Positions 12,870 to 27,385 are shown, numbered from the stretch's first letter. The stretch is 64,000 nt of DNA from Eledone cirrhosa (GCA_964016885.1 OZ024743.1:80972001-81036000), one strand, 5' to 3'. Numbers and translations: made by a program. Notes: generated by a model not told the origin, from the sequence alone.

Positions 12870-13350
12870 GGGTACAATGTTTCCATTGGTACTTCTATCG
12901 CTGATACTAGTTTCCAATGAAACTGTTTTCAAAAGGAAGGATCTTGTTGTCAAAGGGAACCAAAGTTTTTATTAGTCTTTCCATTGCCGGTGGCAACTCT
13001 TGAGGCGAGGGTGACGCCAATGGAAACAATAATGTTTCCATTCGTCTTTCCACTGTTGGTACAACTTCCAGGTTACAATTATTTTCAAAAGGAAGGAACC
13101 GATATTAAAGGCGATCCAAAGTTCCCATTATATTTCCATTACTAATATCTTCGGATCACAACTCCTGGTATGACGACAATACCAATCGTCAGATCAGGTC
13201 AAGGAAATAATGTTTCTATTGGTCTTTCCATTGCTGATGTAACCTTTCGATGACAATTCCTTTCAGAATGAGAGACTCTCAAAGGGAACCAAGGTTTCCA
13301 TTGGCCCTTCCATTGTTTATACTATCTCCGAGTCACAAATCCCCAAGGAA
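12870..13350. repeat. Old imperfect tandem repeat, about 3 units of 150-180 bp
   Basis: Recurring aatgtttccatt.gt, ttttcaaaaggaagga and aaagggaaccaa motifs. Confidence 0.55.
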
Positions 13351-14016
13351 CACCAAGAAACTGTATTTTGCTGAAGATCACGAGGTGCTGCATCGTCCTA
13401 GAATCACTGGAGCACGTTTCTTTAAAAATAAGCTTTGTAATAAAAATTGTTTATTTGTGGTGATTTATAGAAAATGTTTTATAAATTTATAAATTTGAGT
13501 CATATAATGTTTTATGACCATTAAACGAATAAAAACAACCCGGTACCACTATAATATTGTAGATAACAATTAAGTAGGAAACTATAGCCTCTTCTATAGT
13601 CTATAATAGAAGCAACAATAATAATATACTAATGATGATGTTTATTAGGAATAAAACATTTATGAGACGTAAACTTGAAATTGTGTTTTTTTAAAATATA
13701 TTTTAGAGACATCATTGTTAACCTAGACAAAAGCACTACCAGATATTCAACTGTTCACTGTTTAATATTTCGATATATTTTCAGTCAAGTTAAAAATATA
13801 TTTGTATGTGGACAAACGATCATGAATTCTTTCACCCACAAAACATCGTAGATCGCTGGGGTGGTGGAAGAAACGTCTGTGTGTGCGGCGTTGCTGCCAC
13901 CAAACATTGCGTCATTAAGCAAGGATGAGTCTGACGAGATTTTCATTCCAGAGTCGTTCCTCAACGATACAGATCGAATCGTGAGCTGATCGAAACACCT
14001 CGTCCATATTTATTGT

Positions 14017-14092
<76 letters not shown>

Positions 14093-14587
14093 GTGGTGGT
14101 GGTGGTGGTGGTGGATAGTTGTGGGGGTGGGGTGGTAATGGTGGTAGAGGGGGTGGGGTGGTGGTGGCGGTGGGGTAGTGGTGGTGGTAGTGTGGTGGTG
14201 GTGATGGTGGTGGTATGGTGGTGGTGGTGGGTGGTAGTGGTGGTGGGGTAGTGGTGGTGGTCGTGGTGGTAATGGTAGTGGTGCTGCTGCTGCTGTTGCT
14301 GCTATCAACAACACTTAGACTTCTATCAATTCCGGACAAATAGATAGTATTTGTATTTATATATAACTTACAAGTAAAATATTTCAAACGTCGTCTTCGT
14401 CTTCAGTACTTGTGTCCTTCACGGAATCAGCTTTTATTATGTCTAATATATATTTATAGTGACGATGAAGTCAACACTGTTTCGGTCTTACTATGGTGGA
14501 GGAAATAAAGTACCAGTCATGGACTTGCTTTCATACATGTTTAAATTTGTGGTCACAGAAATTAATATACCCGCTATATATACAAAG

Positions 14588-14643
<56 letters not shown>

Positions 14644-14665
14644 CACACACACACATTCACACACA

Positions 14666-14768
14666 TACAGGGTGTCCACCAATATGTATACACACTTCAA
14701 CAGCATTCTAATAAATATTGGCTATACAGATAATCAGAATGTGTATACATTTTTGGGGACATCGTGTA
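14666..14768. mobile_element. Short Tc1/mariner-type MITE
   Basis: TA-CAGGGTGTCC...atgtatacaca versus tgtgtatacat...GGACATCGTG-TA. Confidence 0.6.
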
Positions 14769-14999
14769 TATATATATATATATATATATACGATATTCGT
14801 ATACTGATTATTGAGCCTATCAATCGCTGTTTATCTGTCTGTATGTCTGATTAGTTGTATCTTTCTTTTTATTTCTCTCTCTCTCTGTCTGTCTCTCTCT
14901 CTGTATATTATATAAATATACGCACCACACAAACACGCAAACACATATATATGCACATATATATATATACATATATATACATATATATATATATATATG

Positions 15000-15136
<137 letters not shown>

Positions 15137-15815
15137 CACAAGATTAGGATTACTATAGAATAAGTAGAATGCTGTAAAATATGTTTTATATAAATTTTCC
15201 CTACTCCATCACGGTTTCTTGCTTCTGTTAATCATTAATTCTATTCAACTCTTTGTCTTACCTCTTCCTTCGCATCAATATACAATATTCACAATGTATT
15301 ATTATCACCACGTATTCTGGATATCATATAAAACTCATCTTATGTAATAATACCATTATCATAACACATTTCACACCATTCAATCATATTATTTCACACT
15401 CCAAATTCTCTTTGCTTCTCTCGACTTTTTTTATAGTCGATTCTTCTTTTTTCTATTTTTGCCAAAGATAATGCCACTTGTGCTACTCTGAGAAATACTA
15501 GATTCTTGAATGTTTTATTTCACACCATCTCATGTCTGGGTTTCTAAATAGTTTTGGACAGCCTTCTTATCCCACATCATCCTTATTCTATTATTTCTCT
15601 AAGCCATTCTGTTAATCCATAATGGATTATACCCACAATCCATTTCCGATAGAAATAAGAAGAATCTCGTGATTTCCTTCTTACCAAGAGCTTCCTCAAA
15701 TCATATGTGATGTTTGCTTGTGTATATGTGTGTTTCTGTGTGTATACGTGTGTGGGAATATGTGTGTATACGTATGTATATACATGTATAATCACACACA
15801 CAACATATATCTGTG

Positions 15816-15846
<31 letters not shown>

Positions 15847-15995
15847 GGAGCGTTGCATATCATTGGTAGGCCTTATACATAGGAAGAGTGGACAAATATT
15901 TAAATAGTGGTAAATTGAAACGTTCGTATCGAGAGTCTACACACACACACATACACACACACACATACATACACACACACACACGCACACACGCG

Positions 15996-16138
<143 letters not shown>

Positions 16139-16509
16139 GTATATATATTAGCTTGATTAAAACAACAGGAGATCTCACAGGGCATATCCTTTGAAAGTTT
16201 TATTGTTGCAAAAAAGCTCTATGTATATTTCAATTGCCCTATTACGTAAAATCCTGGCGACATCATCGGGAGAGGATTGCATTATTAGTTAATCAATAAA
16301 GGAATTACGGCAAACACAAACAACATAGAGAAAATAGAGATAAATATTTTATTCGGAGATGGCGCGCAAAATCGGTGTTATTGTTGAAATGGACCATATC
16401 CGAATAAAAATCACGTCAATGCTAAGCATTGAGTGTTTGGCAGGCCTGATCTAGTGAGGGGGGAGTTGTGTGGTGCCGCCAGAAATTCTGCGGTCCATAG
16501 ATACTGGAT

Positions 16510-16750
16510 TTATAGAAAGTTATAAAATGTTATAGAGACTTATAAAAGGTTATAAAGAATTATAAAATGTTGTAGAAAGTTCAGAGAGTTATGTAAAGTT
16601 ATGAAATGTTATAGAAAGTTATGAAATGTTATAGAGAGATATAAAATGTTATAGAGAGTTATAAAATGTTATAGAGAGTTATAAAATGTTATAGAGCGTT
16701 ATCAAATCTTCTAGAGAGTTATAAAGTGTTATAGAAAGTTATGAAAAGTT
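16510..16750. repeat. 10/20-bp minisatellite (ttataaaatg-ttatagagag)
   Basis: Visible tandem array. Confidence 0.85.
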
Positions 16751-17385
16751 GGGTTAAATAAAGGAACGAAAATGAATTACGAAAAATACATTAACAAAAA
16801 AGTAAATTAAAAATGAATATGAATATAAAATCGGCTCCTGATTATTACTGGAATTCTATAAGAATCCAGCTTCTATAATTTTCGGCGGAAGCAGGGGAGT
16901 GTGTGGCTTTGATGATCGCCAACCAGCGTGAAAAAGACTGTTAGCTTCTCTCGCCGATAATAGTAAAAGACTGTTAGCTTCTTTCGCCGATAATAAGTAA
17001 GTGACATAGTCACTACTTTAAAACTGATAGCGTATAGTCTTCTAAATGATTTTAATTAAACATACAGTATGTTGCCAATTATACTATACATACATTCATA
17101 AAAATATATATTAATTATAAGCTTAATGTCAGTGTTTCGTTAAAATAATTGATAAGGGGTAAATTATCAAGTATATATGGGGTTTAAAAGTGCATGTTGT
17201 ATAGCAAGGACAGAAGCTAACCAAACAAATGTGGTCTAGAATAAATTGATAATCCAAAACGGAGATAGCAGGCTTTTTTAACATCAAGTATTGAACATGA
17301 TATAAAGATTCTTTATATGTAAACCAGGTACACTCTGCAAACACTTTTTTTTACATCATTTTCTTTATATATATATATATATAAA

Positions 17386-17646
17386 TATCACCTTGATCAC
17401 CTTGACCAACCAGTCTGTCGGGCGCCAATCGGCGCCACTGGTCACAGCACGTCGTGCTGTTTTAGCCATAAGATAACGCCATCCCACTGGCTGGGCGGGC
17501 AGGCCGGTACTCATTTCTACATCTAAGTAAACTGGAGCAACGTGAAATAAAGTGTCTTGCTCAAGGAAACAACACATCACCCGGTCCGAGAATTGAACTC
17601 ACAACCTTTCGATTGCAAGCCCAATGCTCTAAGCCATGCGCCTTCA
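17386..17646 (-). mobile_element. Second tRNA-derived SINE family (CORE-like)
   Basis: B box (gaattgaactc on plus), CORE-like aagtgtcttgctcaagga, 3' tail ggtcaaggtgatcaaggtgat; 3' part recurs at 46905-47022. Confidence 0.7.
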
Positions 17647-17664
17647 CACACACACACACATATG

Positions 17665-17732
<68 letters not shown>

Positions 17733-17845
17733 TACACACTTTTACAAATTATTCCCTGTGATTGTTTCATATGTTTATTTTAGATATATATATAAGTCAA
17801 TCAATTTCTAGTTGATATAAAATGCTTTAATTTAATTTTGAATTT

Positions 17846-17910
<65 letters not shown>

Positions 17911-18460
17911 GGCCCCTTAATTGTTGAGCTAACTCAGTTGAAAGGACTCGACTGCTGTTTCTAGTTGTCGATAACCCTATTCACGCCACTGGGATGAAGC
18001 TGGTACAATGTGTGTATTTTTGAAAAGTGCAACACGCAGATTTGAATTTGCTGTGTAAACACAGATAGTTTAGTCTTCTTCTTTGTTGAAAATGCGGGAT
18101 TTGCCTACTGTGGTTTACCGAACGATTGATGGTGAAATATATTTCTTTAATGAAATATATACAAGGAAGATTAATCAATTTATAAGATATCTATTTTTAA
18201 GGTTCTAGTTGAACTTTAATTGGTTACCTACATAGTTATGTGTGCTTACATACTTTTACAAATTATTCCCTGTGATTGTTTCATATGTTTGTTTTAGATA
18301 TATATATAAGTCAATCAATTTCTAGTTGATATTAAATGCTCGGAATCTTGGAGTATATTCTACAGTGGATATGGCGCATGTCTCTCTGAAATAACACCCT
18401 TAATTTAATTTAATTTAATTTTGGATATATATATATATATACACACTCACATACACACAC

Positions 18461-18603
<143 letters not shown>

Positions 18604-18644
18604 AGAGTATTGAAGTTTGCTTGAAGCATTGTGGAATAATAAGA

Positions 18645-18900
18645 TATATTTTCTTTAGGCCGTTTTCGAAGCCTCAACAATGCAGATGGGTAATTCTCCG
18701 GGTAACAAGATCCGGTGGTGAAGAGAGAGATGTAAGTGAATGTAGAATGAGATGTATAGTGTGTAGAAGAACGTTCTTCTACACACTATACATCTCATTC
18801 TACATTCACTTACATCTCTCTCTTCACCACCGGATCTTGTTACCTGGAGAATTACCCATCTGCATTGTTGAGGCTTCGAAAACGGCCTAAAGAAAATATA
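18645..18900. repeat. 256-bp near-perfect spacerless palindrome
   Basis: 128-bp arms centred on gaacgttc, one visible mismatch. Confidence 0.9.
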
Positions 18901-18997
<97 letters not shown>

Positions 18998-19039
18998 TGT
19001 ATGTATGAATGTATGTATGTATGTGTGTATGTATGTATG

Positions 19040-22000
19040 TTCTTCTGGTTTTATAATTTCACAAAGTTTTAACAATAGAGAGAGAGTCGGTTTCTAACAT
19101 AGACACATCTCATTGGAATTTACACATTAACTAGGTAGATATGTATGTATGCATGCATGTGTAGATATGGATGTTATTGTATGTGTGCATGTGTATATGC
19201 TTTGTATCTGTAAATGTGTATATGCAGTTATTAGATGCAAAATGTTTGGAATGTTTTACATATTTTTACTGTTCCATTAATGAATTGTACTTGTAGTTTC
19301 CTAACTAGTTGTGTTCTTTCTGTTCCTGTGAAGCCTAGCTTCTCAAGATTTGTATTGAGGCAGTTACTAACATGTCCCAGTGTCCCAATAATCACAGGCA
19401 TAAATCTGAAGGTGTAATCAGGGTGGAGTATCTGCAGATTTCCCATCAGTTCTGCATAAATATTCTCCTTTTCACTAATCTTTGATATTATATTGGCATC
19501 TGCTGGGCAGCTAATTTCCACTACTGTGCATGTTTTCTTCTCCCTGTCCTATATCATAATATCTGGTCTGTTATGCCTGCATTTTATTGGGGTTTTTACT
19601 GGAACATTCCACCAGTACTCTTTCATATTATGTACATGGATGTCTTCCATATTGTTGTAGCTTTTAATGTGTTTATTATCGGGGCTATCTTTTTTACGAA
19701 CTGCATTGTACAGTGTTTTGGCCACTACATCATGCCTCATAGGTAGATAGTACCGCGATGACATCTTTGGACAGCTGCTGATGACATGGGTGATATCCTC
19801 GATGTTAGTTCTGCAGAGTCTGCACTTGTTATCACATCTAGGTGTTTTGCCTGCATCCCTATCTCTTTTGTGAATCAGGTATTTCGTGCTAATCTCTTGT
19901 TCTTGGATTGCAAAAGCGTATCCTTCAAAGTGGGAGCCAATATAGCGGTTGTTGGTCCAAGATAGCCTACTTTCCTTATCTATAATACTCTCACTCTGGA
20001 GCTTCCTGGCAACATATCCATGCATGATTTTTTGCTGATAGGCATGCAGTTTTTCATCCATGGATTCACTGCGATACTGCTGAGCGACCTTCCTGGGAGT
20101 GAGTTTTTGATTATCACACAGGGAATATCTCTCGAGGAGTTCCTTCCCAACTCTCATGATCTTATCTGTTTCATGCAGATAGACTTGTTCGAGAAGCGGG
20201 CTCCTACGCTTCGACGTTCGTAGCTGTTGTCGGAGAGATATGATGCGACACTCAAATGTTGTCTGGACTGATGTTAGGCCTCTGCCTCCCTTCTTACGTT
20301 TCAAGTAAAGGCGGTCTATGTCACTGTTGATGTGGAAGTTGCCAGTGTTGTTCAGTATTTTTCGAGTTCCAACATCAACTGCTCGGATTTCGTCTATCGT
20401 CCAATTGAGTATTCCAAACGTTGGTGTTAGGACAGGCACAGCAAACACATTGTGAGCCACTGTTTTGTTTTGCGCAGAGAGTTCCGATGACCAGTTCTTT
20501 CTCAATCGGGTGTAGTATTCCCTGGTTACGCGTTCTTTATTACAGATACCATTATAGGATATGTTCTCATCTCTCCCCAGGTATCTGTAGCAGTCCTCAT
20601 CAGATATCGGTGAAACAGTTAGACCATTGATGACAATGTTGCTAGATTGGGTTGTTGTTTTTCCCCGCTTTACAGTCATGTATGAGCATTTATCTTGGCC
20701 AAACTCCATTCCTATATCCTTTGAGAACGTTGTAACCAGGTCAAGATTTTTCTTCATCCCATCCATGTTCTTGCATAGAGTTTCAGATCATCCACAAAGA
20801 AATTATGGGTTAGGTTCGTATTTCTGTCCCCCTGTGAGCCAATGATGTATCCCTCACATTTCTTGAGCAGAAAGGACAAGGGGTTTAATGACAAATATGA
20901 ACAATATCACAGAGAGACTGTCCCCCTGAAATGTACCCCTGCAATATTTTATTTTATCAGTGAAAATAGAGTCCTCCCTCTCTGTCTTTAACCTTAGGAT
21001 AGTAGCCCAAGAAGAAGACAGCTTCTCTATGGCTCTGACAATAATGTCTGCGACTTTAGCAAGTTTGAGGGCCTCTATCATCCAAGAGTGGGGAACAGAA
21101 TCGAAAGCTTTCCTGTAGTCCAGCCAGACTGTAGTCATATTCCTCCTAAGTTGTCGCACCTCCGACATCGCAGTTTTGTTGATTAGTAGTTGGTCAGCAC
21201 ATCCCCAAACCCTTTTCTTTCCAGCTGCTTGTTCATCTGTGATGATGTTATTATTTTCACAGTGATCTTGGAGGAATAGGTTCAGGCAGGCTGTATACAT
21301 CTTATACATCAGGTTCTGGCATGCAATGGGTCAGTAGTTTTTTGCCAAGTGGGTGTCTTTGTTCTTGGGGACCAGTGATGTTTGTGCTAATGTCAACCAT
21401 TCTGGCATAAGTGTATTTCCCTTAAGAACTTGTTGGTAGAGGTCAGCAAGATACCTCCGATAGAATATTAGTTTTTTGTACCAGTAGCCGACAATCATGT
21501 CTCTTCCTGGTGTTTTCTTATCTTGGAGTTTTCCTATCACAGTCTCAAGGGTACCCCTCACTTATTTCGTATGTTTTTGTTGTCGTGTAGGAGCAATAGT
21601 TCTTTCGGATTTCTCTTAGCCACACTGCATCTTGGTTGAAATTCTTCTTTTCACCCCTTATTTTTCTCCAAAAGGAATCTATATCTTTCAGTGACACTTA
21701 TTATTTTGCCCTTCATATCTCTATAGACTGATGTTTTGTTTCGTCTGAATCTGTTATTAAGCATTTTTCTCTCATCTACCTTCTTCAGGTATCGGCGTTT
21801 TTCGCTAACAGCTCTGAATTCTTGTTTGAGGGTGATCAGCTTATATTGGAGAGTTCTGGTTATACCAAACATCGTCTCTATTTTATTTTTCACTCTTTGT
21901 TGGTGAGGAGTGAGGTTTTTTTGTGTTTGTTTGCATGTACGGAGCATTGTCATATGTCCTATGTTTTTTCGTAGGTCAGCACTCTTTTTTTTCTATTTCA

Positions 22001-23107
22001 GTTATATATGATGGTATATTTGGTGGTGTTTTGTTCTTGTTAATATCTCTGCTATCACCAAGATAATGCTTCACTGTCATTGCTAAGGCATACAAAAAGG
22101 CGTTGATTTGCAAAAATGTCGGGGTTTTTATCCGTCATAAATATTTATCCCCTATTTCGTCAATAACACGTAGTATTTCATTATTTGTTTTTTTATTCAC
22201 CATTGTCATTTTAACACGTTCAGCCAGAGAGATATTTATACATGAGTTAATTTCTCTTTGGAAGATTTCGTTGAGGGAAATTTTCAATTGTTTATACTTT
22301 TGATTATCATTATCGATAGTATTTTCCACAACAGTCGAGGTAGACTCGGATGGTATACGTGGTGTCACATTTATTCAATTATTATTATTATTTCTTCGAT
22401 TATTATTATTATCGATAGTGTTTTCCCCAGCATTCGGGGTAGACTTAGATGGTACAGGTGGTGTCAAGTTTCTTACAGGCATAGTTGTTTCAAGGCGCTA
22501 TTCGACCTGGCTGCTAGGAAGTCTAGTAGCATGGCGATCTGTAGCACGTGTTGTTGATTCCATGTTTGTTGTGGGGGACTTACAATTAATAATATTTATC
22601 TTATTTTTACGTTCAACAAACGTCCCTTGTTGGCGTAATTGTTTCGCTGTGAAATAATTTAGCTCTGGGTGCATTTCGTCCCAGTGTAGCTTAATTCTAT
22701 TCATATAGCCAATGGAGGGATTGTTTTTTGCCATTTTATAACAATTGAATAAATCATTATTAAGTTCGCAACTCGAAATGCGATTTATAATTTCGGTTTC
22801 TTCTGTAGCTACAACTGAATAAAGTTTTCTTACCTACTTTGTTATTTGTCTTCGATACTTCCTTAATTTATTTGTTGATGTTGTGTTCAGCCATGCTGTT
22901 TGTAGCAAATCCTTGTAAAATGAATTATGTATTTAGTCGGATATCTCTACGAATTCGAATAAAAGGTGTCTTCAGAAGGGATAGTTAGAAGAATAACCAG
23001 TTATTCAACCTGGCTGTAGTTGTGGCATTACTGTCGGAGATAGTATTCATCTTAAATTTAATAAATAGTCTCCCACGCCAAAATATGCGACTGATCGCGT
23101 TGACTGA
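19040..23107 (-). mobile_element. Full-length R4/Dong-clade non-LTR retrotransposon, copy 1 (frameshifted single ORF, ~22893 to 19231)
   Basis: R4-type N-terminus (GYMNRIKLHW..HP..TAKQL); RT motifs QAAGKK, WLDYRKAFDSVPHSW, FQGDSLS, FVDDLKL, YRYLG; CCHC CRLCRTNIEDITHVISSC, RHD; RLE HNRPDIMI..VVEISCP..K..EK..Y. Confidence 0.92.
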
Positions 23108-23184
23108 TGTATGTTTGTATGTATGTATGTAGGTAGGTATGTATGTATGTATAGATATATATTACATAAGCAAGTATGCATACG

Positions 23185-23233
<49 letters not shown>

Positions 23234-23617
23234 AAACATAAATATATATACATACACACTCAACCACGGCTAATACGTAAAGCGCGTGGTTGAGTGTGTG
23301 TATGTTTATGTTCTGGATATTTATCTATATATTTTTTTCCCTATATCCTTTTTACCCGTTTATTCAGCCTCACTTTTATATCTCCTAAATTTTGTTTTCA
23401 AATCTATATTTAATATAAACACCATGTTATTTATTCATTCTGACTACTGAAGACAGATATAAATTCCTGCCTTCAAGAAACCATTGGTAAATGAAATAAT
23501 TATCTTATGTTGTTTATTATATAACTAATAAGCTCTGTAGTCTACATAGAGCACTCTCTTTTTCTGTACCTTTCCTATGGAAATACTTCATTTATATATA
23601 TATATATATATGTATAT

Positions 23618-24375
23618 ATATGAAAAATGGTGTGCTGCGTTGTTGCAAATGAGATACATATGAATAAAATTAAGGCAAGAAGACAGGACTGTCCGTCATC
23701 AGTGATCTTCCAGCCATCATCGGTATTTCTTCGCATTAAAGACCATATACCTCCGGCTGGTGCGAGCAATAACTAAAAAAAGTTATTGGGACAAAAATAA
23801 TTGGGTGGAGAAAGCGAGACATGTAAACAAACAGAGATGGTAAGGCAACGGAAAGAGAGGAAGATGAGAGACAAGTCCGTGATATCTGTGAACTTAAGTT
23901 CGAGCAAATCATGGACTAGGAGAAAAAGACCCGTACAGACCTTGTGAAATGTGAGCGAGAAAAGGATCTCACACCGATCAGGAAGTGAGAGAGGGGAGTA
24001 GTAGAGAGTGAGTGAATGAAAGTGTGGGGAAGAGGCCAACCGAGAGAGGGTGACTGGTAGAGGGGGTGAATGAAGGTTAGAGATACAAGGAGGGAGAAAG
24101 AGGATAGCAGTAAGAAAGAAACACTGATCACAGCGGAGGGAAACATATAAATGAAAAATGGCGTGCGGCGTTGTTGCAAACGGGATACATATGAATAAAA
24201 TTAGAGCCCATTTGCAACAACGCAGAACGCCATTTTTCATTTATATTTTCCCCTCCGCTGTGACCAGTGTTTCTTTCTTACTGCTATCCTCTTTCTCTCT
24301 CCTTGTATCTCTTACCTTCATTCACCCCCTCTGCCAGTCACCCTCTCTCGGCTGGCCTCTTCCCCACACTTTCAC
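23618..24375 (-). mobile_element. Penelope-type pLTR arrangement (direct plus inverted partial repeats)
   Basis: Direct repeat 23620-23672 / 24151-24203; inverted repeat 24017-24184 / 24207-24374; minus-strand gaagatca-CTGATGA-cggacagtcc-tgtcttc lacking GAAA. Confidence 0.65.
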
Positions 24376-24514
24376 GATTTGAACACATATATCTATACAT
24401 TTGTGTTCGTTTTTCTTTTATGTTTATTTATAATATACGGCTCGGAAATATATCTTTCTTAGAGCTATTTTATTGTAAGAGACTATTTTGAGTTTCTCAC
24501 TCAACATATACCTT

Positions 24515-24565
<51 letters not shown>

Positions 24566-24569
<4 letters not shown>

Positions 24570-24755
24570 AAAAAGTATGACCCCGACGGCAGAGCTCAAG
24601 TCGTTTCGATGGCTATTTCTGGACAGAAATAGCCGTCGAAACGACTTGAGCTCTGCAGTCGGGGGGTCATACATTTTCCTATTCCCCACTCTACTACCCT
24701 ATTGAGTACTCTGGTGTGTTATGGTCCATCTGGTTCCTTACCACAATTCCTTTAT
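24566..24755 (+). mobile_element. Family B hairpin element
   Basis: Same arms, same centre (tatttctggacagaaata) and same tail as the 8412 copy. Confidence 0.85.
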
Positions 24756-24959
24756 TATATATATATATATATGTAAATTGCGCAATATTTTTTCAACCGT
24801 TCAACACATTGACAGAGGGGTATACAGTCTGGGTGAAAAATGCTGATTGCTCCTCAAAGCCAGTGTTGAACGAACAGGTGAGGATCTGTTACCGGCAAGG
24901 CACTGTTTCTAATCGGGCTCGTTTGTTTACAAACGAATCGACCATTATTATTAAAGTTC

Positions 24960-25148
24960 GATGGTGGATTGACAGCATCAGTAGAGTGTCGGACGCTATG
25001 CTTTGCAGCATAGAGTTACGGCCCTTTCCGAGTTCAAATCCCACCGAGGTTAACTTTGCCTTTCATCCTTACGGGGTTGATAAAATAAAGTACCAGTAAT
25101 ACACTGGGATAATTGCTGGCCTTGTGCCAAAAGTAGAAACAATTATTA
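24960..25148 (+). mobile_element. tRNA-derived SINE (octopus-type), full length
   Basis: A-box-like head, B box gagttcaaatccc, body gcctttcatccttacggggttgataaaataaagtaccag, tail gtagaaacaattatt. Confidence 0.85.
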
Positions 25149-25178
25149 TAGTTCGATATAACCTATACGTACATATAC

Positions 25179-25236
<58 letters not shown>

Positions 25237-25564
25237 GGAAAAAATGAAACGAAATTTCATTTCTCACTCTTAGTACGGCTGTTACTTAAATATAAGTATG
25301 TATAGGTACATACATATATGTATACAGACGTACAGTAGTATGTATATATATATACATACTACTGTATGTATATATATATACATACATGCACACATATATA
25401 TATGTACGTATGGGTTTACCGAACATTTATTATAATGCTCGGTGTGTTTGTAAACAAACATCCCGAATTAAGCCGTAGTGTCCAGCAACCATCGTTGTTC
25501 ATTTGTTCAACACTGACAAAGGAACGCTGTACTAGTTTCAAGCTTATTAGCTATCGTCAGCAAC

Positions 25565-26140
25565 GCCCCTCCCACTCTCTCACATATAATACCTCTGTAT
25601 CTTACCCTCCCACACCCCCTCACACTCTCTCACACAATCTACCCCTGTATCTGACTCTCCATCCTCCGTCCCTCTCACTCTCTCACACATACTACCGCTG
25701 TATCTGACCCTCCCTCCGCCCCCACTCTCTCACACATACTACCTCTGTATCTGACCCTCCCTCCGTCCCTCCCACTCTCTCACACATACTACCTCTGTAT
25801 CTGACCCTCCCTCCTCCGCCCCTCCCACTCTCTCACACATACTACCTCTGTATCTGACCCTCCCTCCTCCGTCCCTCCCACTCTCTCACACATACTACCT
25901 CTGTTACTGACCCTCCCTCCTCCGCCCCCTCCCACTCTCTCACACATACTACCTCTCTATCTGACCCTCCCTCCGCCCCTCCTACTCTCTCACACATACT
26001 ACCTCTGTATCTGACCCTCCCTCCGCCCCTCCTACTCTCTCACACATACTACCTCTGTATCTGACCCTCCCTCCTCCGCCCCTCCCACTCTCTCACACAT
26101 ACTACCTCTGTATCTGACCCTCCCTCCGTCCCTCCCCCAG
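25565..26140. repeat. ~43-47-bp C-rich minisatellite
   Basis: Unit cccactctctcacacatactacctctgtatctgaccctccctccgcccct. Confidence 0.9.
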
Positions 26141-26376
26141 TCTCTCTCCGTCTGTTCCTCTTTCTGTCTCACTCACCCTTCTCCAATGTCCATCCTTCCC
26201 TCCCTCCCACCCCCTCTCTACCGCCACCCTCTCCCCTTCAGTGGGGAGTCACTGTGCCGCCGCAGGTGTGGGTCTGTGTATACAGCCATCTGTGCCTCTC
26301 TCTTATCAATTTCTCATGTATCATCAAGCCAACGTTAACAACACCAAATTATCGATGTCTGCTGTACAGTGTCTCT

Positions 26377-27075
26377 CACCATCACCACCACCTCCACCAC
26401 CACCACCACTACCACCTCCTCCACCACCACCACCTCACAACCACTAACGCCAACATTAATACCACCACTACCACCAATAACACCACTACCACCGCCACCT
26501 GCTCCACCACCAAAACAAGCACCACCAGCACCACTACCAGCACCACTACCACCACTACCACCACCACCACCAGTACCACCACTACCACCACCACCGCCGC
26601 CACTACCACTATACCACCACTACCACCACCAACCAACCACCACCACCGCCACCACCACCACCAACACCACCACCACCACCTCCTCCACCAGCTACACCAC
26701 CACCAGCACCACCTCCTCCACCAGCACCACCACCACAACCACCGATACCACCACTACCACCACCACCACCTCCTCCATCACCACCACCAGCACCACTACC
26801 ACCAGCACCACTACCACCAGCACCACTACCATCACTACCACCATCACTACCACCACTACCAACAACAACAACACCAGCAGCAGCACCACCAACACCACCA
26901 CCACCACCATCACCACCACCACCACCACCACCACCACTACCACCACCACCAACTCCACCACCACCACTACCACCACCACCACTACCACCACCAACTCCAC
27001 CACCACTACCACCACCACCACAAATAACACCACCAGCAGCAGCAGCAGCACCACCACCACCACCTCCACCACCCC
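26377..27075. repeat. (CAC/CCA)n degenerate trinucleotide tract
   Basis: Visible; explains poly-H/T/P/G/V ORFs in all frames. Confidence 0.9.
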
Positions 27076-27343
27076 AATTAACCATAGTTCTACATGTTTC
27101 ATGTAGTTTTACTAAACCCAAGTTTTTTAGTGGAAGTAAGAAACTAAAAAGACAAGACCAACATCAAAGAACTGTAAATATTAAATTATAGATAAAACCA
27201 GATTCTAACACATGTTGTGTACCTAAAGACTTTTATGTTTAATATAGAAATGGCTTCTACAGGACTAGAATTGTTTCATTCAAAAGAAATCGCCAGGAGG
27301 CTGTTATGTAAAAGAATTCTAAAAGCGAATCACGTGATACAGA

Positions 27344-27384
<41 letters not shown>

Positions 27385-27385
<1 letters not shown>

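Noticed and set aside
13850-13990. GC-richer stretch that could be a short host exon (IAGVVEETSVCAALLPPN...)
   Set aside because: No recognisable homology or partner exons; cannot be supported
19231-22893. R4 ORF as an intact active CDS
   Set aside because: All three copies carry multiple frameshifts, stops or deletions
26254-27121. His/Thr/Pro/Gly-rich ORFs resembling mucin or glycine-rich proteins
   Set aside because: Open in nearly all frames because of (CAC)n; no supported exon structure
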